The notes beneath the pieces are model-generated. The model worked only from the letters and a program-made list of their open reading frames with translations, was not told the origin of the DNA and did no database searches. A program made the translations under genes and the position numbers. 64,000 bases of DNA from Candidatus Saccharimonadota bacterium (GTDB lineage: Bacteria; Patescibacteriota; Saccharimonadia; Saccharimonadales; UBA4665), in NCBI GenBank assembly GCA_028286345.1, contig JAQBRT010000001.1, forward strand, positions 566,567 through 630,566, written 5' to 3'. Positions 9,144 to 17,237 of this stretch are shown here, one piece after another; position 1 is the stretch's first letter; every line of letters begins with the position of its first letter.

Positions 9144-9371
9144 ATGGAAGTGCCCACATCTTCAGATGTAGAAAACCATGGTTATGAACAGTCACTTGAT
9201 GAATTTGACTCTTTAGAGAACAGATTATCAGCTGTTGGTAAACAGGTTTCTCCTGGAATGATAGCGCTAGCAGCAATGCACCTAAAGAGCACCCATGCTA
9301 TTGATTGGGATATTATCAACCAAGCTTCAATAGATAGATTTGCTGTAAATTTATTTGAACAATCCGAATAG
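9144..9371 (+). CDS. Hypothetical small protein (island ORF 1, 75 aa)
   Basis: ORF trimmed to the first ATG downstream of tRNA-Leu, because the track ORF 9078 overlaps the tRNA. Visibly more AT-rich than the surrounding genes. Confidence 0.45.
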   Translation: MEVPTSSDVENHGYEQSLDEFDSLENRLSAVGKQVSPGMIALAAMHLKSTHAIDWDIINQASIDRFAVNLFEQSE

Positions 9372-9497
9372 AAGTCTAGCTAAGCACGCCTAAAGTAAAG
9401 TTAGTGCATTGCTTCAACAATGTAGTGCTGGTCAAAAACTGAAAGTCAAACCCCACATTCCTTCGTAGTGCAACTTTTTGGGCTAGTATCAATTATA

Positions 9498-9506
9498 TGT
9501 TATAAT
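9498..9506 (+). promoter_or_regulatory. Extended -10 promoter TGtTATAAT, 6 nt upstream of ATG 9513
   Basis: TG at 9498-9499, TATAAT at 9501-9506, spacer atgctt, ATG at 9513. Confidence 0.4.
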
Positions 9507-9512
9507 ATGCTT

Positions 9513-9956
9513 ATGACAATATCAAAGTACGATAGATTAGTGCCACAGCAGACTGCCGAGCTACGTGAAGCCGCACTCGCTACCTGTCCTGCTAATGCTA
9601 CCGATGCCATGTTTGCCTTACCGTACGACCCACTAGCTAATGGACGCGCACATTTTTTTGATGTAGAGGTGGTGGGTGAGCCAATCACTCATGATGGCAT
9701 AGCTTATAGCCTTGTGGAGGCGACAGGGATTAACGAGGCAGCAAAAGACAGTTATTTACAGATATATGCTGGATCTGTCATGGTCGATATATTCATGTCT
9801 AAGCACGTAACTATCCTCGGGCATGGTGATTACGAACGCGGCTTAAGGACTATAGGCCGTGAATTTTGTAGGTTGAGCCGTGAAGACTTGAGAAGCGAGA
9901 AGCACTATACACTCCCCAGTGTTAACGCGCGACGACGGATTAATGGCCGTTCGTAG
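9513..9956 (+). CDS. Hypothetical protein (island ORF 2, 147 aa)
   Basis: Open frame MTISKYDRLVPQQTAEL.... In-frame alternative starts exist at 9468 and 9507. No recognisable domain. Confidence 0.5.
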   Translation: MTISKYDRLVPQQTAELREAALATCPANATDAMFALPYDPLANGRAHFFDVEVVGEPITHDGIAYSLVEATGINEAAKDSYLQIYAGSVMVDIFMSKHVTILGHGDYERGLRTIGREFCRLSREDLRSEKHYTLPSVNARRRINGRS

Positions 9957-10087
9957 CCCCATGCTTAGACTTTATAAATAGAAAGAAACTGCCTTAACAA
10001 TATAAAGCTGAAGCAGATCTCCAAAACGGGGTCTTTTTATTTTGCTCATGCTTGCTTTAGCATTCGGCTTCAGTCATATTTGCTGCA

Positions 10088-10723
10088 ATGAGTGAGGTAG
10101 TTTCCATCGATCAACCAGAGGGACACATTGCTGCCAGCAAGCGTTATTTTCAAGATGCGTTTGGCGATAATCAGCCACATCAATCTTTTGGCTGGAGCGG
10201 GACAGTTGAAGATAGCCAGGTCGCTTTTGGCGCCACCGTCAGCCAGGACTACAATAATGCAACAATAGCGCTAGATATATTACGAACAGGCGAAACAGAT
10301 GTACTAGTTGTATTTCCTCAATCCTTAGAAGCGCACCATGTGTTTCTTACATGTATCAAAAACGCCATTGATCAAATGTGGGAGCAGTTATCCGAGTATT
10401 CACTTGAGGGTGACGAACCGAACCATGCCGGCTTTAGGCTGATTGCAGAGCGGCGAGACTCCCGAGATGAAGATGATGAGCAATGGGTAGATCACACTGA
10501 ACAATGCACATGGCCAATCCCAATTGATCGTACCCAGCCGGTGATTGCCTACTTATTCACCGTCGTCGGGGTAGAAAAGCCCGATGACTCACCCTTGAAA
10601 GTCGCAAGCATCGTATTTGCAACTGGCGAGGAGCTTGGCAACGACAGTGGATTCCCGCCTTTTTGGTGCTATGCGGATGGAGTACATTTTACAGAAGATA
10701 AAATAGAGGATGAAGAAGTATGA
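10088..10723 (+). CDS. Hypothetical acidic protein (island ORF 3, 211 aa)
   Basis: Long ORF rich in Asp/Glu. Its stop overlaps the next start (ATGA at 10720-10723), suggesting translational coupling. Confidence 0.6.
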   Translation: MSEVVSIDQPEGHIAASKRYFQDAFGDNQPHQSFGWSGTVEDSQVAFGATVSQDYNNATIALDILRTGETDVLVVFPQSLEAHHVFLTCIKNAIDQMWEQLSEYSLEGDEPNHAGFRLIAERRDSRDEDDEQWVDHTEQCTWPIPIDRTQPVIAYLFTVVGVEKPDDSPLKVASIVFATGEELGNDSGFPPFWCYADGVHFTEDKIEDEEV

Positions 10724-11985
10724 GTGCCCCTGAGATACTGCCGCCAAACGCCATCTATCAAGGTGAGTTTAGCGTCGGCAGCCAACTTGGCATCCAATTT
10801 GCAGAGCCAGAAGGCGTCACGTACCTCGATTCTCCAGTGGCTGTCTACCGCACAAAAACCGAAGATGGTGATAGGTTCGATGCAGTCATAAATCATGCTC
10901 CACTCGATGGAAACAAGCTGTTCGGTGTCTTAGCCGAAGTTGCCCCGTCCAAAGAAAATAGCTACCTCGGCGGGGTCATCGATGATTGGAATATAGTCGA
11001 TCGGGCAGCCCTGTCACCCGATGTACATCCCATGGATATAAAGAATTCGCAGTACCTAGTGAGAATACACCAGGTCTTAGGTGAATCCTGGACTGATTTT
11101 ATGAAAAGCCGCTCAGCGTTTTTGAGCACCCTGGAAGATGCTACCACCCCCTACTTTCACAGAACCCACTACAAAGGCACCTTTATGACCCGAGAGGGTA
11201 TTATGCCAAAACTTAAATATGAGTTTGTGGGCCAGATGCCACACGTCTCGCAACTGGTAGACGTATTGCAGGGTGCTGGGGTCGATGATGCTGAAGAGCG
11301 AGTCTACAATGCCCTCGAACGCCAAGTTAATACAAAACGTCGGCCTGACAGCCAGATTGCCAGGCGGGATACAATGGAAAAACGGTTTAAGAGCTGGTCA
11401 GCGAGCCAAAGAGCCGAGCTGTACGATGCGACCATTATGGGCGTCGATGAAGAAGCTAGGGCTGATGTGATCGAGCAGGCCTTAAGGAAGTTGTACGATT
11501 CCATAACATTTGAAGACGGCGAAGAACGGCTTTACCCAGTTTCAATGCTGGGCAAAAAGTCATTACACCAGATTTATGAGGATCGGGTTACTGTTCCTTG
11601 GGGTGGGCATGTAGCTGAAGTGATTACACTGCCCGGGAAAACTTCGCCAGAAGATTTTGTGGTGCCGGGCACTACTCGCCAGCTCGCGCCGCCAACAACT
11701 ATTTCCCCCCTAGCGTCGTGGCACCGTAACGCCGATGGCCAGCGCAAACTTATAATTGAGCGGAAAATCGACCGGCCGCAAGCAAAAGTTGTAGATGGCG
11801 TGTTGGGCGCAATCGCTATAGCTTATTTTTCCCCTAAAGAGCGCAGCACCTGGCCAGCTAAGATGAACCTAAAAGAAGCCTTTGGCCAGGAAATAGGCGC
11901 AGCACAAGTGCCCGTCTTAGCCCTGATGCGCAGAGGGCAGCTCTTAAGGACCGACTTTGTTGAAGCCTGTGAAAGCGTTGGCTAA
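10720..11985 (+). CDS. Hypothetical protein (island ORF 4, 421 aa)
   Basis: Uninterrupted 421-aa ORF coupled to the upstream ORF. No motif I can assign. Confidence 0.65.
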   Translation: MSAPEILPPNAIYQGEFSVGSQLGIQFAEPEGVTYLDSPVAVYRTKTEDGDRFDAVINHAPLDGNKLFGVLAEVAPSKENSYLGGVIDDWNIVDRAALSPDVHPMDIKNSQYLVRIHQVLGESWTDFMKSRSAFLSTLEDATTPYFHRTHYKGTFMTREGIMPKLKYEFVGQMPHVSQLVDVLQGAGVDDAEERVYNALERQVNTKRRPDSQIARRDTMEKRFKSWSASQRAELYDATIMGVDEEARADVIEQALRKLYDSITFEDGEERLYPVSMLGKKSLHQIYEDRVTVPWGGHVAEVITLPGKTSPEDFVVPGTTRQLAPPTTISPLASWHRNADGQRKLIIERKIDRPQAKVVDGVLGAIAIAYFSPKERSTWPAKMNLKEAFGQEIGAAQVPVLALMRRGQLLRTDFVEACESVG

Positions 11986-12053
11986 ACATTGATGACTCTT
12001 ACGATTCTTCAAGTATTTGCTTTTTGTAATGGCTTAGAGAATAATTGCGCTTA

Positions 12054-12410
12054 ATGATGCAAACACATATGGAGACGGCCGGGTTTGATGACTTTGATGG
12101 TCGAGTGACACCAGAAGATATGGTTCACGCTGTCTATGCAGCGCTTATGGAATCAAAGCGGCCAGACGAGCAGCCAACGCTTCAAGAACTTGATGAAGTC
12201 TGCGATACGGCGCAGTTTTATGCCACCGGGCAAAAGCCTACCGGCGACACCATTAACGATTACCGTTACCTTATGAACCATCCTTTTGCGCGCCTATGGG
12301 GAGCCGGCGTACTTGAGGCGACCGTCTACTTTGAATGGGCCCATGCTAAAGAAGTGACTGCCTTTCAAAAAGATACTCAAAACGGACGGGCCAAACGCGG
12401 CTGGCTTTAA
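12054..12410 (+). CDS. Hypothetical protein (island ORF 5, about 118 aa)
   Basis: ORF with ATG at 12054 (the track uses TTG at 12045), followed by a strong intrinsic terminator. Confidence 0.5.
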   Translation: MMQTHMETAGFDDFDGRVTPEDMVHAVYAALMESKRPDEQPTLQELDEVCDTAQFYATGQKPTGDTINDYRYLMNHPFARLWGAGVLEATVYFEWAHAKEVTAFQKDTQNGRAKRGWL

Positions 12411-12433
12411 GCCCTGTATATTTGACATAAAGT

Positions 12434-12457
12434 GCCGCGCGAGTCGCGGCGTTTTTT
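12434..12457 (+). terminator. Rho-independent terminator ending the island
   Basis: GCCGCG-cgagt-CGCGGC hairpin followed by GTTTTTT. Confidence 0.8.
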
Positions 12458-12484
12458 GTTACTATTAACGTAAGGAATAAAATT

Positions 12485-13780
12485 ATGGCACTTTCAACCC
12501 AACCCTACAAAGGCGCACGCGACTTCTACCCAGAGGACAAGCGCCAGCAGAAGTACATCTTTAACAAAATCCGCGAAGTCGTGGAGCGCTTTGGCTACGA
12601 AGAATACGATGCCCCAATTTTGGAGCCAACCGACCTGTACCTGGCCAAAGGCAACCAAGAAATCATTGACGAGCAGACCTACAGCTTTCAAGACCGTGGC
12701 GGCCGCAATGTGACAATCCGCACCGAAATGACACCAAGCGTTAGCCGCATGGTGGCTGCCAAGCGCCAAGAGCTGGCCTACCCGCTACGCTGGTATAGCA
12801 TCCCCAACCTCTGGCGCTACGAGCGCCCTCAGCGTGGCCGTAGCCGCGAGTTTTGGCAGCTCAATGTTGATATTTTTGGCGTCGACGGTATTGAAGCAGA
12901 ATTTGAAGTGATCCAGATCACCGACCAGATTTTTAAGGCTTTTGGCGCGCGTCCTGAGGCTTATGAGATTAAGCTTAGTAGCCGCAAATTAGTCACGTCA
13001 TTGATGGGCGATTACCTGAGCCTCAACGATGATGTTGCGATTAGGCTTATCCGCCTGATTGACCGCATGAAGAAACTAGAGCGCGGCGAGTTCATTAAGA
13101 AGCTTGACGAGATTCTGCCTGCCGAGGCCCGCGCCGCCGGCAAAACCGAAAAGTTGCTAGCCGTATTAGAAGCCAAACAGTTATCGGATTTGCCGGATGA
13201 GCTACGCAGTAACCCATCAGTTACGGAGCTGGAAAAGCTGATGGCGCTGCTATCACAAGCTGGCGTGGCCAATGCTGTCTTCGACATTACTCTCATGCGT
13301 GGCTTTGACTACTACACCGACATAGTTTTCGAAGTCTTTGACACCAACCCAGAAAACAACCGCTCAATGATGGGCGGCGGCCGCTACGACGGCCTGGTGG
13401 GCCAATTTGGCGTGGCGCCAGTGGCAACCGTTGGTTTTGGCCTAGGTGACGCCACACTGGCTAACTTCCTCGAAGCTAACAGGTTGCTCCCAGAACTTAA
13501 GACCGAAACTGATGTCTACATTGTATTAATTGGTGACGTCTTTGAAAAAGCCCAGGCAGTTGTTGCCGAGCTCAGGAAACGGGGCCTTAATGTGGCCGTA
13601 GATGTCAGTGGCCGCAAAATTGGCGACCAGTTTAAAACTGCCGAGAAAAAAGGCATTACCTACGCCTTGATGATTGGTGACAAAGACCTGGAGGCAGGTA
13701 AGTTTAACCTGAAGAACCTAAAAACTGGCGACGAGCAAAACGCCAGCGTTGCCGACCTGACAAAGGTTGTCCGCGGCTAA
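12485..13780 (+). CDS. hisS: Histidine--tRNA ligase
   Basis: Class II motifs RYERPQRGRSREFWQ and GGGRYDGL, with a C-terminal anticodon-binding domain. AAGGAA RBS. Confidence 0.95.
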   Translation: MALSTQPYKGARDFYPEDKRQQKYIFNKIREVVERFGYEEYDAPILEPTDLYLAKGNQEIIDEQTYSFQDRGGRNVTIRTEMTPSVSRMVAAKRQELAYPLRWYSIPNLWRYERPQRGRSREFWQLNVDIFGVDGIEAEFEVIQITDQIFKAFGARPEAYEIKLSSRKLVTSLMGDYLSLNDDVAIRLIRLIDRMKKLERGEFIKKLDEILPAEARAAGKTEKLLAVLEAKQLSDLPDELRSNPSVTELEKLMALLSQAGVANAVFDITLMRGFDYYTDIVFEVFDTNPENNRSMMGGGRYDGLVGQFGVAPVATVGFGLGDATLANFLEANRLLPELKTETDVYIVLIGDVFEKAQAVVAELRKRGLNVAVDVSGRKIGDQFKTAEKKGITYALMIGDKDLEAGKFNLKNLKTGDEQNASVADLTKVVRG

Positions 13781-14254
13781 ATGACCGCTCCTAACCATGC
13801 CCTTACCGGGGCAATCATTGGCCTGACAGTAAGTAATCCCATCCTGGCTATTATTGTGGCTGTGGCATCACATTTTGTGTGTGACGCCATCCCGCATTTT
13901 GATGTTCCTGGTAAAACAGCAGAAGACCGGATGCGTTCCAACTTCTTTCTACGATTTCAAATAATCTTTGGTGGCCTGCTTTGCCTGCTGATTGTGCTTT
14001 GGCTAGCTTTAGCGCGTCCACACCACTGGCAGCTGGCTGTAATTTGTGCCTTTGCAGCCACAATTCCTGACTTACTATATGTGCCACGGTACCTGCATGT
14101 TAAACGAAATGGCCGGGACAATATGAACCGTTGGTGGTTTTGGCGGCTACACAATAATATCCAGTGGTTCCAGCGGCCAATCGGCGCTTTAGTAGAGATT
14201 GTTTGGGCAGGCGGTACGGTTATTATCTTGTCGGCGCTCACCCGCGGACAGTAA
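13781..14254 (+). CDS. Small integral membrane protein (possibly a DUF457/YdjM-like hydrolase)
   Basis: 157-aa ORF starting 1 nt after the hisS stop, with several hydrophobic helices and a HFVCDAIPHFD motif. The family assignment is tentative. Confidence 0.6.
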   Translation: MTAPNHALTGAIIGLTVSNPILAIIVAVASHFVCDAIPHFDVPGKTAEDRMRSNFFLRFQIIFGGLLCLLIVLWLALARPHHWQLAVICAFAATIPDLLYVPRYLHVKRNGRDNMNRWWFWRLHNNIQWFQRPIGALVEIVWAGGTVIILSALTRGQ

Positions 14255-14300
14255 GCTAGCTCCTAGTAATTCGGCTCTGTATCTGGTAGAGTGGGTAACT

Positions 14301-15584
14301 ATGCAAATTATACGAGACAACCCAACACCTACAACTACCAAACTGACCATTACGGCCGATGAAACTACGCTGCAAGAAGTTAAAGCTGCCGTCTTGCAAC
14401 GGTTGAGCCGTGACGTTAAAGTGCCTGGGTTCCGCGACGGTAAAGCACCTATCGAACTTATCGAAAAAAACCTCAACGAGTCGCTTTACCAAACTGAGTT
14501 CCTGGAGCAGGCTGTAAGCCGCGTCTACATTGATGCTGTCGAGCAGGAAAACCTCAAACCAATCTCACAGCCTAATGTTGAGATCAGCAAATTCGTGCCA
14601 TTTAACACCTTAGAAATTACAGTTGAGGTTGAAGTTGTTGGCCCAATCAAGCTGCCAGATTACAAAAAGATTAAGCAGCCCCTGGAGCCCGTTAAGGTAA
14701 CCGCCGATGATATTAATGCCGTGCTTGATGACCTCAAAGTCCGCGCCGCAGAAAAGAAAGATGTTGACCGTGCCGCTAAATCTGGCGACGAAGTTACCAT
14801 CGATTTTGCTGGCCGCGATGCTAAGACCAATGAGCCTATCGCCGGTGCTGACGGCAAGAGCTACCCTTTAATCCTTGGTAGCAACAGCTTTATTCCCGGC
14901 TTTGAGGAAAATGTGATCGGCATCAAGCCAGGCGAAGAAAAAGAGTTTACACTGACATTCCCAGCCGATTACGGCGTTAAAGCCTTACAGAAGCGCGAAG
15001 TTATCTTTAAGATCACTGCTAATAAGGTCACCGAACTGGTGACACCAAAGCTTGATGACGAGTTTGCCAGCAAGGTTGGACCATTTAAATCGCTGGCCGA
15101 ACTCAAAGCCGATATTAAAAAGCAGGTTGAGTCTGACAAGCAGTACCAGCAGGAACGCGATTATAACAACCAACTGCTCGAGAAGATTGCCGAAAAGACA
15201 ACGCTTGAGCTGCCAGCCAGTATGGTTGAAGAAGCCATGGACCGCATGGAAGACGAAGAAAAACGCAACATCGCCTACCGCGGCCAGACTTGGCAGGAAC
15301 ACCTAGCAGAAGAAGGCCTGACCGCCGAACAGCACCGCGAAAAGCAGCGCGCCGGGGCCGAGCTACGTACCAAAGTTAGCCTGATCCTCAGTGAAATCGC
15401 CGAAAAAGAGAAAGTGACTGTTACTAAAGAAGAGCTGGACCTGCGCATTCAGTTGCTCAAAGGCCAGTACGGCGACCCTAGCATGCAGGTTGAGCTTGAT
15501 AAGCAAGAAAACCGCCGTGACATCGCCAGCCGCCTAGTCAGCGAAAAAACCCTAGAAATCTTACGGAACTATGCGGCGGCGTAG
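14301..15584 (+). CDS. tig: Trigger factor
   Basis: Ribosome-binding motif PGFRDGKAP near the N-terminus and a central FKBP-type PPIase region (SFIPGFEENVIGIKPGEEKEF). The start is set to ATG 14301, because the 14199 extension overlaps the upstream gene. Confidence 0.9.
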   Translation: MQIIRDNPTPTTTKLTITADETTLQEVKAAVLQRLSRDVKVPGFRDGKAPIELIEKNLNESLYQTEFLEQAVSRVYIDAVEQENLKPISQPNVEISKFVPFNTLEITVEVEVVGPIKLPDYKKIKQPLEPVKVTADDINAVLDDLKVRAAEKKDVDRAAKSGDEVTIDFAGRDAKTNEPIAGADGKSYPLILGSNSFIPGFEENVIGIKPGEEKEFTLTFPADYGVKALQKREVIFKITANKVTELVTPKLDDEFASKVGPFKSLAELKADIKKQVESDKQYQQERDYNNQLLEKIAEKTTLELPASMVEEAMDRMEDEEKRNIAYRGQTWQEHLAEEGLTAEQHREKQRAGAELRTKVSLILSEIAEKEKVTVTKEELDLRIQLLKGQYGDPSMQVELDKQENRRDIASRLVSEKTLEILRNYAAA

Positions 15585-15592
15585 GAGCATAT

Positions 15593-15793
15593 ATGTCTAC
15601 TAATTTTAATAATGTACCAATCCCTCGTGATGAAGCAGACCTTGAAGAACTAGGATCCGTTGCAGATTTAATGGGCAGTGTTATATCGCTAACTTTCGTT
15701 AATCCTAACCCCGAACGTATCCGGCATCCGGGCCACCGTTTTGACCTACGCCCCGACGAAGATATTTTTGCTGGTAGCCAAGAAGACAATTAG
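15593..15793 (+). CDS. Hypothetical acidic 66-aa protein between tig and clpP
   Basis: An AGGAG RBS overlaps the tig stop codon and lies 5 nt before the ATG. Open 66-codon frame. Confidence 0.5.
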   Translation: MSTNFNNVPIPRDEADLEELGSVADLMGSVISLTFVNPNPERIRHPGHRFDLRPDEDIFAGSQEDN

Positions 15794-15816
15794 CACTCTT
15801 GACATGCGAGTGCCAA
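15790..15816 (+). promoter_or_regulatory. CIRCE element (HrcA operator) TTAGCACTC-N9-GAGTGCcAA
   Basis: 17 of 18 positions match the CIRCE consensus TTAGCACTC-N9-GAGTGCTAA. The 9-nt spacer contains the clpP -35 box. Confidence 0.75.
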
Positions 15817-15828
15817 TTTCCCTATACT
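15799..15828 (+). promoter_or_regulatory. Sigma70-type clpP promoter (TTGACA-18 nt-TATACT)
   Basis: TTGACA at 15799-15804 and TATACT at 15823-15828. An AGGAGG RBS lies downstream, before ATG 15849. Confidence 0.7.
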
Positions 15829-15848
15829 AGTAACAACTAGGAGGTAAT

Positions 15849-16442
15849 ATGTCAGTTCTCATTCCAACCGTTATCGAAAGTGAAGGTCGTTACGAACGTG
15901 CCTATGACATCTATTCCCGCCTCTTAAAAGACCGCATTATTTTTCTTGGCAGCGATGTTAACGAAGCCAGTGCCAACATTGTTGTCGCGCAGCTGCTTTT
16001 CCTGCAAGCTGAAGACGCTAAGAAAGACATCTACTTCTACATCAACAGCCCCGGAGGCAGCGTTTACGACGCCTTGGCCATCTACGACACGATGCAGTTT
16101 GTAACCAACGACATCCAAACTGTTGGCATTGGCGTTCAGGCCTCGGCCGCAGCATTCCTGCTTAGCTCCGGCACCAAAGGCAAGCGTTTTGCACTGCCCA
16201 ACGCTACTGTTATGATCCACCAGCCAAGCTCCGGTACCCGCGGTAAGGTTACCGACCAAGAGATCGACCTGCGCGAATCACTGCGTATCAAGAAGCTGTT
16301 AGAAGAAATTATGGCCAAAAACACCGGTCAAAAACCGGCCAAGATTCACGAAGACATGGAGCGCGATAAGTGGCTTAACTCCAAAGAAGCCCTGGAATAC
16401 GGCATTATTGACCAAATAATTACCGCCCCGCCAAAAACGTAA
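15849..16442 (+). CDS. clpP: ATP-dependent Clp protease proteolytic subunit
   Basis: [16 protein letters not shown], catalytic Ser context [11 protein letters not shown], and MIHQPS. 197 aa. Confidence 0.95.
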   Translation: MSVLIPTVIESEGRYERAYDIYSRLLKDRIIFLGSDVNEASANIVVAQLLFLQAEDAKKDIYFYINSPGGSVYDALAIYDTMQFVTNDIQTVGIGVQASAAAFLLSSGTKGKRFALPNATVMIHQPSSGTRGKVTDQEIDLRESLRIKKLLEEIMAKNTGQKPAKIHEDMERDKWLNSKEALEYGIIDQIITAPPKT

Positions 16443-16456
16443 GCTCATTCATATTC

Positions 16457-17044
16457 ATGCCTAGAACTCAGGTTAACCTAGAACTTATTCAAAGTAGTGG
16501 AGCGAGCAAACAAGCGCGTGCTATTCAAGGCATCCTAAAATCACAAAGAGTCAAGGATATGCTTGGCGCGGAACGTCCAAATATACTCAAACGCTTTCAG
16601 AATCCGAGGGAAAGCACCGAAACGCTACGGAGTTTCGCGGAGACACCCGGACTTTTGGCCTTTATCATCCGTCTTAACAGAATGCCAACAGGCGTCGGAT
16701 TAGCCGCAGAAAATCAGTCTATTACTCACCCGACAGAGGGTACGATAAGTGGCGACTGGCTAGGCTATTGGGTTGCGCCTGGCCTGAACATCGACGTCCA
16801 TCAGGAACTTGCCGAGCAGCTGCTGAACGTTAGGGCAGAGGCCAAATGTCAGCTCGCAACAGCTCTACCTGGCCATAAAAGCGGCTTCCGCTGGCTGATG
16901 ACTGCCGTAGGCGAACCAAGCTTCCTTTTAACAGATGCCCAAGGTGTTGGCCTGGGTGTAGTTAATTACCTTGAAAGGGAACAGCTCTACGTTAGCGGAA
17001 AATCTGTTGACATATCTGCTCAAGTGCGAGAAAATATACCTTAA
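16457..17044 (+). CDS. Hypothetical protein (195 aa) in the position usually held by clpX
   Basis: Open frame 14 nt after the clpP stop. No AAA+ motifs and no recognisable domain. Confidence 0.5.
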   Translation: MPRTQVNLELIQSSGASKQARAIQGILKSQRVKDMLGAERPNILKRFQNPRESTETLRSFAETPGLLAFIIRLNRMPTGVGLAAENQSITHPTEGTISGDWLGYWVAPGLNIDVHQELAEQLLNVRAEAKCQLATALPGHKSGFRWLMTAVGEPSFLLTDAQGVGLGVVNYLEREQLYVSGKSVDISAQVRENIP

Positions 17045-17237
17045 GAAGTAGTGTAAGCTAGGGAGCTTTATGTAATAGAGCTAAAAACCCCTTCTTAGTA
17101 ATCTTCGGCCGAATCAAACTAAAATCAAAACTACTTACATTCAAAATAAGTCACAGCACGGCGACAGCGGGAGAGTTGTTAAAGTGCGTTTGTGGCCAGT
17201 ACTAAACCACTAATTTACAAGGGGGCGTTGACCGCTT

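Noticed and set aside
9036-12480. Classical tRNA-targeted integrative island (att direct repeats plus an integrase).
   Set aside because: I could not find a duplicate of the tRNA-Leu 3' end near 12.4 kb, and no recombinase ORF is present. The block is reported only as an unexplained accessory module, not as a mobile element.
14199-14300. N-terminal extensions of track ORFs: tig from 14199, rpoC from 20704, recG from 5584, rplC from 33737, and ORFs from 32061, 32782 and 42390.
   Set aside because: Each extension overlaps the upstream gene or a terminator, and an internal ATG gives the canonical conserved N-terminus or a better start context.
17045-17237. 193-nt spacer before rpoB, containing a 10-nt palindrome TTCGGCCGAA: possible leader or ncRNA.
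   Set aside because: I saw no convincing promoter/terminator pair or extended structure by eye. It is probably just the rpoB promoter and leader region.
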